Positions 38,301-50,540 of a stretch of DNA of 64,000 bases are shown piece after piece. Below the pieces are notes generated by a model. That model ran no database searches. It had not been told where the DNA came from and saw only the letters and a program-made list of their open reading frames with translations. The translations under genes and the position numbers were made by a program. Positions within the stretch are counted from its first letter, which is position 1; each line of letters opens with the position of its first letter. Source of the DNA: Trichoplax adhaerens (Eukaryota; Animalia; Placozoa); contig NW_002060943.1 of NCBI RefSeq assembly GCF_000150275.1, positions 3,616,008 through 3,680,007 of the forward strand, given 5' to 3'.

Positions 38301-39987
38301 CTAGAATAGATATAATGATTACCGCAACAAATATGCAACGGGTGATTGATATGAGCTATACTAGAATTTATATACTGAAATGGTCATACAAAAACACTGT
38401 TGCTGTAAGATCTTAGCTAGCAACATCATGTAGAAAAGGACTAAAAAGTAGAGTCCTTTGTAGTTTTTAGTATGTAATTAGTATTATTTTACTATAGAAA
38501 TTACCTAGAAAGTGATAGTGTCTTTAAGTTTTACCCTGCCAAATCATCATGTTGCCATCTTTTCTTCTTCATTATTTTACAAGGTATTATATAGATTACT
38601 ATACAAGTAGCCCTATAGAACAAATGCCTAATCTAAAGAAAGGGCGTTTGATCGTCTATTCAAATTGTAAAGAAATTCGACTTAGTAGCAAAACCCTATC
38701 CTTAGAGAAAGGGGATTTATAACATGACGATAAAGTACTGTAATGTAGTCTATGATCGTACAGTTACAGTACAATCTGATGCTAAAACATCAACTGTCAA
38801 TACTCGCGAATACTAAGCGATACTAATGTCAGAAAAGTAGTCGTAATAGTCATATAAGTTCTTTTTGATAAGCGATTACTGTGATCTTTATAAAAACCGA
38901 ATTTTTCCGGATTTGTGTCCGATATAGTTTTCGGATTCTGGGACCGGTCGGGTTTATTTTTAATTTATGTCTGAATTATAATTTTTCTGTTTTAATTTTT
39001 GGATTTTTGTTCATGAAAAATATCGTGAGAGTTGATTTTTGAGATTTGGACTTTTTATTATGAATTTGAAACTTTGGAATTTTATGACGTGACTTGAAGT
39101 CACATTAGGAGATTTAGTGAGGAAAATAGAAAATAAGATGGAAATTGGCAGAGGTTGTGTTGATTGTTAGGTAGTTAGAATGTTGTTTTTATGACTAAAT
39201 CTTGATGTTTAAAGGTTGGTTTTTAGACTTTTATAGTGTACTAATGATAGAAATTATGTTAGAAATGAAGTTTGATGTATTTTTATAGTTAGCTTGTTAG
39301 TTTTATTGTGTTTTGTAAGGAAATCGTAGGGTAAATTGTGTCTGAACTTCGAATAATTTTTGTTTTCTTAAATGGTGCAAAGTAGTTTTGTAAAACGGAT
39401 CTTAAGAGCGATTGGTAGCAAATGTTTAGTTTTAAATACCTCTAACGGCTCTACGAAGCCTATAAATGATAGTGCAATTAGAAAACTTAGGGGGAGAGTA
39501 GAAGAAGATTTTATTTGAAGAACTTGTTGAATTTAAAAGGCCTTCGGGGTCGAATTGTCGTAAGATAAAACGTTCTTCTTTTTTGAAAGGTTGTTTGGTC
39601 GTTGACAGTTTTTAAGTCTGTCATTTATTTTAATAATACTTAAAGCTAAGCATTTGTAAGGTTGTTCGGGTTATACTTATCTCCATTTTTGTTTTGTAAT
39701 AAATTTTTGTTCGGTTATTTCCCCAAATTTTATTTGGTGTCAAAGTATTAGCATTAAATCGACCGGAGTGCAACGAAAGTAGAATCAAAGTTCGTTAAAG
39801 TTTCGTAGCTTGATCTCTACACTTGTCATTTCATTACAATCGGATTGAGGAAATATCTTCACTGCTTTTTACAGAGGAGGATAGTCTAATTTATCTTATA
39901 ACTTAAAACAACTTCATTAGATGAAATTAAATCAAACTTAAATATTATAAAGACATTTTCGAAGTATTATAAAAACAAACTGCCCAG

Positions 39988-40112
39988 GAGGGTCCTTTGT
40001 CGTGCATCCGAGTTAAACAGTATAGGGTAAAATTGGGTTCGGTTTAGATATTTTTTGAAATTATCCGCTACCTCGGGTGACGGTGATCGAAAATGCCAAA
40101 TTAAGGACCCTG
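39988..40112. mobile_element. 125-bp hAT-superfamily MITE
   Basis: Perfect 8-bp direct repeat CTGCCCAG at 39980-39987 and 40113-40120. Termini GAGGGTCCTT and AAGGACCCTG form a 9/10 inverted match with a CAGGG-type end. Confidence 0.8.
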
Positions 40113-41555
40113 CTGCCCAGTATTACACCGCTAGATTACTCAGAATATTTTTAACTTTGGTTAGAGATAAATTTAAATCTTTTCGAAATCAATATTGTCT
40201 CTTCCTTTGAAATAATTATTACGTTTTTGTTTCATTAAAAATAATTAAGATCACGTATTTAGTAAATTTATGTTTGAATTTAGCTGCATTAATGCGAATT
40301 TACATTTGCGTAATTATACTTAATTAGGTCTAAATATTAAGTTTACTTAACCTTTGTATCTCATAGCGGTGTTTGGTAAAGATATGAAATACGTTTACTC
40401 TTATGATACTTAATTCAAAATCAATATAGCGGCATTATGATATTTCCCAGTCGAATTATTTCTTCGCCGATCAAGTTTTACAATTTTTACATTAATTTAA
40501 CGCGTATTAGCTTAAGTCCCGTTACTTAAAGAGCGTTCTAATATCTGAACTTCTAAACTATCTTATTGACCGCTCTGTACTGAGTAAATCGTTAATGGTG
40601 CCTGAATACATTACAATACAGCTAGAAAAGATTTCCAATTATATTAGTGATAATTTCCTAAAATCAACACTAATCAAGTACCTATAGACTGCCAAAGAAG
40701 TCAATTTTAGGGTTTAAGTAATTTTTCTGCAGGTTACTCTTCCCAAAACGACACTATAAGTAGGAAATGCGCTATCAAAAATATTGTGCATGCCATTAAT
40801 AGACGCCTGAAGTCGATTTCTTTTCTAACGAGCCGCAAATTAAGCGCAGAATATTAGTAATAAAGCTCTTGATTGTTTCGCATATACCTTAATATATTTT
40901 AAGGATTAATTTAATTTAATTATCTAATATTAATGTTCTCTAATAACAGGGTAGGAAACCAAACTCAGTTTTCATATAAATTACAAAACTGAAGATAATA
41001 ACCTTGTATGAGAATTCTATATTGGTTCCTGTAACATCTTGCGGAGCTTTGATAGTCATAGCACGTATACGGGATCAGAGCTTTTATTGGAATTGACGTA
41101 GGATTAGACATGTAAGATTAGGTTAAATGAAGACTAGACAAGAAAACGGTCATTAAAATCATACTTATAAACTACTTACATTCTAAATGTGAGTTTATCA
41201 TAACAGGACATAGTCGATATACATTATCCAGAAATACATCTTAATAGTAGCACTACATAGATCGTATTATTCATAACGTTACTATTGAAGAATATATCTT
41301 GATATATTACAATAGTAATATTGTGAGCACAGCATATGACAGTTCCAGATTTGAATGTATATTCATACGTAAATAAAACCGCTAAACCATTCATGATTAA
41401 GTAAACCCATGTAAAAGTCAATAGATCAGTTTTCCTTTGCACAGACTACAAGATAAATATCTCGTTTAGGCTAGGAAAATTTCATTAATTTTGGTAGAAA
41501 ATAACCTGACGAATATTGTATGTAAAACCTGCCAGTTTTACCACGAAATTCGATA

Positions 41556-44022
41556 TTATGATTTCATCATGTTACCATAAACTGCAACAATAGCGCCTAT
41601 TGCTACTATGACGACAGCGAATATACTACCAAAAACTATTATAATAGTGTTAGTATATGCATTAGTATCGAAACTGCTATAGACGATCCTGTTATTCAAT
41701 GGTTGTACAGGTCGATAATTTTTTTCGATATACTTAGAACTTGATTTATTTCGAGCTGTGGCATAAAGCTTTCGGAATTGATTCATCTAGGGCACAAAAA
41801 AGGCTATAGACTTAGATAATAACAATCGATTTCGCAACTAGCCAAAATTCTTGCTACTGTTGAATGAGTTTATATTTCTTCTTCTAGTTAAGGACTAAAA
41901 TTACCTGCTGGCTTGATATAGTAATCGGTTCTTCCATCACAATCCATCGTACTGATTCTTCACATAGCGGTGTTGTTAACGACCCAGGAAATGTAAAGTA
42001 TTTGCTCATATCTTTAGGTAAGAAAGACGAGTAACTAAAACCATTGGCAGTTACTGTTTCGTCTGTAAGGTTGATGTTGACCAGATGATCCAATCAGGAC
42101 AGTGAACATTTTCAATATCGACCATAATTTAATTAAAAATTATTTGTTAGTAAATAAGAATCGCCAGTACTACAATCTTAAGTTATGGAAGAGAGTAATA
42201 TTAAAATTTTAGTCGCTAGACTTGCTGATAGCTAAAATACAAAGTGCAGAAACTTCTTGAAATATGTATTCAATTTGTAAGTTGGTAAAAGAAACAGAAT
42301 GGAATACCTTTCCTATCAACAAATATTCGTACATGAGTTTTTAAAATCTCACCTTTATACTGAAGTTTTTGCATATATTGTAATAGCCAACTAAACCCTG
42401 CACTGCCTTCTCCGATCTGTAAGAAAAGATGTTCAATTTTTGTTTTATTGATGTTATTTTGCTGTACCTATGTACGTTAATATTCAATAGAAATTCTTGC
42501 CATCTGCTACGTATACTACATGTATTGCTTTGGATTAAGTTACCTTAGCAAAAATGCCAATCACAGCTAACCCATCGGGCTTAGGGATTGCTTGAAGAAC
42601 GTTTTGATATTTAATGTTGTAGTGTACAATGTGAATCTAGCACAGTATAAAAGTAATGGAAAATACATTGGTTAGCCTTTCAGATTGTAACGGTCATAGC
42701 TATCCAGAAACTTGAAATAACCACCTAACTATAGGTTCTTATTACAGATATAGATCTATGTTCTTGCTATTAAGCATTACTGATTTTTTGTAAACTTATT
42801 TCTTATGCATAAAGTAACAGCAATAATAATTCTCTCATAGATGAAAATGCCACTGGTTAAATTAAAAAGGATTTTAATTGTATACATCATTAGAGTCTCC
42901 TAACTGACATAGATTTATGTTATTGTTTTTTGAATAACTGGTTTGTTTGCAAGAAGGTTTGCTAAGTATAAATTAAATGACAACGACTTTAATAATAGTT
43001 TGAATGCTATTCGTAACAATAAATTTTTTTTCACCCTATAGTACTAATAGATTCTTATTATCGATGTAGACTTATATTCTGGCGTTTAGCAGTAGAATTT
43101 AATTTGTTGATGATTTAGTTAGATACAAAGTAATTGTAATAATATGGCATGTATACTCTAGCAGGATATTAATAGACTCGATCAGAAAGCTATAGAGCCA
43201 ATAAGACATTAGCTACATAGAGTTGATATAACGAAAATGTTACCTCGATAGGATAATATTTGTTATCAATAGCATTTTCAGACCCGTAATTATCCGAAGC
43301 ACCCCAATGAAAATGCAAATGATGAGCTCTGTAAAAAACTCCACTATTTAATGGATCAACTAAAACTGGACTATAGTCGATTGCAGGTTGTATAAATATT
43401 GATTTGCCAATATTTGTTAAAGTAGTTTTAATATTAGGCTGAGGAGAAATGTAGTGCGAAGCTTGTATATGCTCTAACTTTGGATTAAAAGTGGTTCGTA
43501 GCGAATCAATATTAATTGGAGACTGTCTTTTTCCAAGACAAATCGGATAATACTGGCCCCACTTGGAAGGACCTATTCAAGAAATTATATTATAGTAAGT
43601 ACAATATTAAGAAAATATTATAGCTTTGTTCTGTTAGATAACAGTACCTATCATCATACTAGTAAGAAATAGCTTATTTTCACTAATAATGATACACTCT
43701 CACCATTATCAGAGCCATATCCCCAAACGAATGTGCTGCCTAGGTTAGCAAAAATTAATTTTATATCGATAGTTAATAACATCAATCACATAAAAATTAC
43801 AGCGATGATATGCTGCTTATTTAGATAGGGATGTTACGCAGATATGAATTATGGTAGTTTGTCAATTTTCAAATTAAAATTTTTAACCTAGTAAATTGAC
43901 GATTTTAACACTAAAGTAATAGATATTCGAAATTAGCATCAATTGAATAACTTACTCGTTGCAGGAACGACTGGATTTATGAGTTGCAGGATTATCGCAA
44001 TGAAAATGACATACGCGCGCAT
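41556..44022 (-). CDS. Alpha-carbonic anhydrase CA-D, signal peptide plus C-terminal transmembrane helix
   Basis: Exons 44022-43956 (MRAYVIFIAIILQLINPVVPAT), 43739-43704 (FVWGYGSDN), 43572-43244 (GPSKW, CLGKRQSPINI, HHLHFHWG, GSEN, YPIE), 42636-42544 (IHIVH, DGLAVIG), 42416-42353, 42062-41905 (GSLTTPLCEESVRW), 41786-41556 (NYRPVQPLNNR, IIIVFGSIFAVVIVAIGAIVAVY). Confidence 0.9.
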
Positions 44023-44279
44023 AGTTTAATCTAGATATTTATCGAAAATAGCTGAACCTCGTGTCGGTAGCCTAATAAAGACGTTAAAGCATTGCAAAGC
44101 AAGAAACGAATAAAGAATGGATATTCTGGAATGTAAAACTTATTATTAAAGAAATAAAGCTCACTACAGATAGGATCACATGCTGGGTTTGTTTAGTGTA
44201 TAAGCACATCAAAGTCATAGGTAATTGTACGATGGATGGTTCCTATTGGGTGCATAACGGTTAATTAGCTATAGTCTGT

Positions 44280-44720
44280 AGATGATCTCTAGCGAACTCA
44301 TAATGATTGTTGATGTGATAGAACATCACCAACGAATTCATCAATTTGAGATTGTTTTATAAAGTACAATAAGAATCTGATATTTCCGAATATGAGGTTC
44401 ATTCATTATTTATTGATGATAAAACTCGTTACAGGTAGTATTGTTTACCAGGCTGAGCTATAAACGTTTTAAATGTAAGAATGGATGATGTAATAGGTGA
44501 TCTCCAACGGACTATATTGTTTTATAATATACAATAAGAATCTGATATTTCCGAATATACAGTAGACAGTATTGTTTGCCAGGCTGAACTATAAATGCTT
44601 TAAATACAAGAATGGATGATGTAATAGATGATCTCCAACGGACAAATGATTAATTGATGGTTGATGAAGTAATAGATGACCACCTACGAATCTACAAATT
44701 AGATAATGCTTTACAAATAT
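44280..44720 (+). repeat. Direct duplication (about 130-160 bp) upstream of CA-D
   Basis: acaataagaatctgatatttccgaatat...agtattgttt.ccaggctga.ctataaa...aagaatggatgatgtaatag.tgatctccaacggac at about 44351-44512 and 44516-44643, with degenerate flanking sub-repeats. Confidence 0.8.
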
Positions 44721-45043
44721 GACGTGCGATAACTTTTTTTAAATTATAATACAACCATCATAGTTACATGGGTTGTTTATGGCGACCATAGTACACAGCC
44801 AAGTAGTTCTCTTGCTTACAATTACAACAGATCTACATATAATTTATACTTAATTTGTACGCAGTCTGGATAATATTATGCTACTAGTTATGATTATTGT
44901 ACTGATAACGACTCCTATGTACCTTTAAGCAGAATACTACAGTATTTTCTAGCTCTTAATATGTATTTAGGATCAATCTTCACACCGGCTAGAATATGTA
45001 CTCTTGTAACTACTAGTACTTAGCGGTGAGAATTTATACTATA

Positions 45044-45074
45044 CTAGTGCAAACTCCCGTCGCTTTGCAGACGG
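45044..45074 (-). mobile_element. Helitron-type 3' terminus (GC-rich hairpin plus CTAG); 5' end not identified
   Basis: Minus strand reads CCGTC-TGC-AAA-GC-GACGG-gagtttgca-CTAG|T, the canonical subterminal hairpin, CTRR end and T acceptor base. Confidence 0.6.
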
Positions 45075-45392
45075 TTTACGATAATGTGCTCATTTAACAG
45101 ATAGTATTACCATTTGATAGACCTACCGTGACGTGTTACGTCAGACATGCAGATTGTTAGTATTTAGTTAGATACCTAATTTATAAGAGAGCTCAAAGGT
45201 CAATTCATGTTATGATCATGGTTACTTTCATATTATATGCATGCTCCAGCGTATTTTAAAGCAGAACTCAAAGTTTTACTAATGTAGATCTAAGAATATA
45301 TGACGGCTGATATTGTTTATCCGTATTAACTTCTTTGTGTACAGTATATATATATAGGTTACGGCCAAAACCCAACAATTTAAGGGAAATTA

Positions 45393-45690
45393 CCGTATTT
45401 CGGACTTTGCCCGCAGTTTTGGTCTTAGTGAAAGCTGTTAATCTGTGTTTAACTGCCCTTGGAAGCAGTTTCTGTGTTACAAAAGTGGCTGTAACATAAG
45501 TACAGTATAAATATAATGAAGCGTCTGCTACATTTTATTCAGTTCACTTAGTTTAATTTTATGTTACCAACAGAATCGTAATAAATAATTGATGCCCAAT
45601 AATTTACAAAGACATAACGTTCAATAAAATTACATCCATAAAACAGGCGTGAATTTTACACTACAAGATAGATTATTTAATAAAATACGG
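45393..45690. mobile_element. Putative Tc1/mariner (Tc2/pogo-like) MITE, 298 bp
   Basis: TA|CCGTATTT(cggact) ... AAATACGG|TA: 8-bp inverted ends flanked by TA on both sides. Confidence 0.45.
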
Positions 45691-46271
45691 TAAAATAAAA
45701 CCGACATAAAGACCGTACAGCCAAGAATTATATCACAGATGAATTGCTAAATTAGTAAACAACTATTATTTAAGTTGCGGGATACAATTCACAAGGGAAT
45801 TTTAACAATTCACGAGTGAATTAAGTAAGAGTCAAGCTGTGATAAAATAGTGCAAGGCCCAATTATATATTCGTAACGAGGATAAAATATGCAAGCAATT
45901 CAGTTGCAATATGGCTTAAGTATTTTACAATACTATACAATGTTAGATATTTATATCTTTTGGCTATCTCTTTTAAGGTTATTCATCAAAGTCTACGTTT
46001 ATCATTGTGCGTAATGGATAACGGTTTTAACTAAATCTACAACGAATTAGTTTACGAAATCGTGTACAGTACCGTAATATATCGAAGATAACTTTGAGAT
46101 TTTATTAGTTTAACATCTTCATTGTAAAAATACTAATCTGTTTAGTAAATTTTAGCTTCAAAAGCCAATAGTACAATAAAAACTTTTTTTATAGCAAAGC
46201 CTACTTCTGAAATTGTTAATTGGCGAAATTCACAGCTGATATTCGAAAACAATAAATCGTGTAGTTTTGTA

Positions 46272-49200
46272 CTAAAATTCGTTGTCGCCAATGCAAAGAT
46301 ACATGCCATATTCCGTACGGGTACAAACTCCGTCCAATGAAAATTTGTATTTGTGGAATGTGCCATTGATGCATATAACTAAAAAAATTTGATTCTATTT
46401 CAGTGGATAGTTTACTGAGTCCATACAAAAAATTGAAATCGAGCATTTTATTACCTACTACAGTATGGTCACTGGTAAAGGCACATATACAAGCACATTC
46501 TAAAGGAATGGTAAAATTAGTAAAATCCCAAACCGAATCTACGTATTGCCCATATAGTCCAATTTTAGATAATCTACCAAAATCAAGTAATAAATTGCGT
46601 TACGGTTATATAATCTTATGTTATATATAATACGCATTTAGGCTATATATTTATATAAATTAGGGTACAATTGGGTATTCTTACGCAGATCTCCGATTTA
46701 AAGAAGTGAGATTAAGAGCAAAGATGTGGACTGTTCCTTTATCGCTAGATGCACACAGGTATTCCGAATTTAAACTAAAATTCATACTAAAGAATAAAAC
46801 GAAATTTCTTAGTGATAACTTTAATTCTACACAAGATCAATTCGTATAGCGTCTAAACTTTTTCATTCTCAACGATAGCACATAGAATGCCCGACAAGCT
46901 GTGGCACATAAATTTACCAATATAGTGTAGCAGGATCTAATCCACGCCTGAATTCAAATAACTTTTGCTGAGAGGAAGTATCAAATATTCGTATTAGGGT
47001 CCCCTGTTAGATTGAATTCATTTTGATTGTTAGGTTAAATTTGATTTGAGTTAATAATATTTCTATTAGTTGCTATATGTATGATGCATGATAGCTTAGC
47101 ATGAATGGAATTCAACAAAAGTTAAAATATCAATAGATACCTTCACTGACGCAGTCGCTACACGTGAACCCTGATGATTTAAAGCTATACAGGCCAAAGC
47201 ATTTTCGTGAGCGTTAATGACCGGCTGATGACTCTTGTCATCATCTCGATGTTGCATCAAATCCTATAATGGAATACAGGAAGATGGTAACTAATGCAAT
47301 TTTTAAGAGACAATATACCATAGGCTACGTTATTTTACTGTGAAGTTGGTGTACTATCGATTTTAGTCAGAACTTACAATTAGTTGCAATCTACCGGTTA
47401 TCTTGCCAGGAAAAACCAATACTGCATGATTAGTACTAGAAGAGATTTCACAAAGACCTAAAATAATGATATTAAATTAAGAATTTATACATCGTATTCA
47501 ATTACATATGCTCTAATATAGTGGCATTACAATGACATCAAGATTAGTGTGAGAACATTATACCGTTTGGGTTTTCTGCTGTAGCAAACGAATAAAGTAA
47601 TTTGCTGGTATTAGGAAATGAGAATACGTATAGCATCTTACTTAATACAACAATAATCCTAAAACAAAAAAAATTGGATAAGATGGCAAATTAGCGGCGT
47701 TATACGCATTCTATGCTTAACGGTTAATGAGGTACCAATGAAAGGATCATCAATATCAATGGTTCATACCTATTTCGTCTCATTCGTACTGCTAAGACTG
47801 ACGATTTAAAAGAGTACCGTAATACGAATTGCCTTTTAAGATCATCCCAAATTAAAACTATACCATAAAGAAGTATTAATAGCAATTAGCTCACATTATA
47901 TATATATGTGTACTCGCATACATACAGTATATTGCATTTATCAGACGTAATTAAAGTAAAGTATATTGTATATGCATTGTACGATGCCATTTATTTTATC
48001 GAAATTAGCCTAAATTCGAGTAGTAGATACCATCATTAGGTGAGTATTGAGGAAATAAGCCACCACCAACAACGGCCAATAGATTGCACCTGTAAAGCAA
48101 TTGAGTTTGGCTGACACTGCCAACTTGGTCAAATTCTAGAAGTTTAAGGATAAAGAATCAAAGTCACTCTATATCTGCCTAGAATAGATAGCAGTTAGAT
48201 GATTTGTACTGAAGTAAATCGCTAAGTAACATAACGAGGTTGATGTGCATCATAATATTACAGGATGTCTATAATCTTTATAAAATGACAAAAAACTTTA
48301 CCATAATGAAGTCATTACGTTCGCATAATCTTAACGATTGAGTACTATTAATTTAAATCGCTACGCAAGTGCATATTCTTTATAATTATAATTATTACCT
48401 ATAGCGAAATACATGCATAGAATATGAGTATTTATGATGTATCGTGGTTAAGTGTGTAAACAACAAATGAAGGATAGAAATTTCCCACATTCAGTACACA
48501 AACTTGCAAGGAATGTAAAGATGTATTTTACAGCTATTAAGAAGTATAAGGGTATAAAAATGAGTTCTATTCTAATTATAATATGCTTATCTAGCATATA
48601 CTATCTAAATTATAATATACCACCACGAAGCTATTGAATAGATTTATTACTCCTGAGAAATGAAAATAAGTTTAAATTTTCATTATTAACTCTAGTAGCA
48701 TAATGAATACTGCATCATTGAACAAATTTATTACCTAGTCTTGTCTTTTCAGTCAATGGTGAGATGTTATATACACGAAAACCAGTATCCAAAGAGCATG
48801 CAAAGCAGTCTAACAGAAGATCCAAAATACAATTTATGTCATTAGTACCCTTCATTATCAAAGACAATATTTGTTATGATGATTACAGGGATCATGTATA
48901 GAAGACACACACATATGTAAAAGCTATACTATATTCATATTCAGAAATGATACTTCTATAAAAGTGGAATGCATTGATAGCCGGGATTAATATTGATGGA
49001 TTAACTTTGGAACGTACGCGTATTACAATTTTCAGAGTCGTTGTAACATAATATTAAATATATCAATCATAATATTGTCAGCACTTTGGATTTTCCGCAT
49101 GTGATAGACACAGTTATTCGATTCTGATGAAGATCAAGGATTAAGAATGATCTGTAATTGTGTCCAGATACGCTATAAAAGACTACCATGTCATCCATCA

Positions 49201-50540
49201 TTACATGAATCAGTCATAATACGTAGTAGTTGAGGTAGTTTTCTTTCTATGAATGACTTAGTATGTATCAATATTGAAAGAAATGATACGCTAGTAGATA
49301 GTCTACAAGTTAGTGATAGCGGTTGTACATGTAGGTGTATAATAATTGATAACAACAGAACAGCTAATAAGTAACAAGAAGGTGCTGTGTAGTCGTTTTG
49401 GCTAGCCTTAAGATATATATTAAAAGAAACTGTTACTTAGTTGGATTGTGTAACCATTGATAAACTACTACGGTACTGTCGGCTAGTACTGTATATTAGA
49501 ATACGTTTCGATAAGCATTATTGAATTGGATCGATATTTTCTAGCGTCCAGTTGAAATTCATGTTCAATACTGTAGGAGTCTATCGACCATTGGTCATTC
49601 CAATTCGATCCATAACTGTATACTAAGACTGAGAGTGCTACGAACTACAGGCAACAATCGATGGATCGATATTTTCTTGCAGTTGATGATTTATGTTTAA
49701 TTTAATCCACACAGTCTGTCGACCATTAGTCATTCCAATTCGATTCGGTACATTGAAGGTACTAGGGAATACCGATCATTGGATGTATATTTTCTAGCAG
49801 TTGACGATGATTAATGTTCAATATTGTAGGCGTATATCGACCATCGGTTATTCCAATTCGATCCAAAACTCTACTAACGTTGACCTTGCTAGAGACTACA
49901 GGAAATTGAATCGCTATTGGCTTGCAGTTGATGACTGATTGATGTTCAATAATGTAGGCGTTGATCGACCATTGATCATTGCAATTGGATGTACAACTGT
50001 ACTAATATTGGCTGTGCTAGGATGAGGAAATTATTACTGTATCCTATTTAGCGTCTAATCGATTGGATAGAAGCGCAATATAATGCAATGGATCAAGTTG
50101 AGTAGTATAGTCGTATCTGGATTTGATGTATTGGAAGAAGAGTTATGTTGCACCCCTCCATTTCAATTGTCATGAATAGAGGCATGCAATGATCCCTATC
50201 AAAGACGATGATATCACTATCCAATTGCCATAGCGACTAACATCGTTACAACTCCATAGGATGGTATTGGTGATGGACTAAAATTCTTCTATCCATAGTA
50301 GAATACAAATGTCTTTACTGCCAACTACCCAAGTCCCTCTCCCTTTCAATCCATGCCATGAGAAACGAACAAGTACTTTTGATCGTCTTTTACGGGGATT
50401 GCATTACATCGATCTTCTACTGTAATCGCATCAATGATCCTTATAATTGATTTCTGTCGTGATGAACAGTTGCATTCATTACCATGTTGTTGGTTAAAAG
50501 AGAGATGAGCAACTTTATCGCGAATTCCTTCGGACGCCAT
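46272..50540 (-). CDS. WDR45: WD repeat phosphoinositide-interacting protein 4 (WDR45/WIPI4, PROPPIN autophagy factor)
   Basis: Exons 50540-50483, 48809-48735, 48135-48031, 47857-47770, 47658-47564, 47457-47378, 47263-47141, 47003-46918, 46786-46685, 46573-46455, 46378-46272. Translation includes [122 protein letters not shown] and GTFHKY..DGVC, ending GDNEF*. Confidence 0.93.
49528..50030 (+). repeat. ~120-135-bp degenerate tandem repeat, 4 copies, in WDR45 intron 1
   Basis: Recurrent ggatcgatattttct.gcagttga...atgttcaata.tgtagg.gt.tatcgaccatt.gtcattccaattcgat at about 49528, 49663, 49781 and 49919. Confidence 0.8.

Noticed and set aside
49120-49374. Cys-rich + strand frame ending GCTCRC, resembling a cystine-knot hormone
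   Set aside because: It has an internal stop, no signal peptide or splice support, and lies antisense within WDR45 intron 1.
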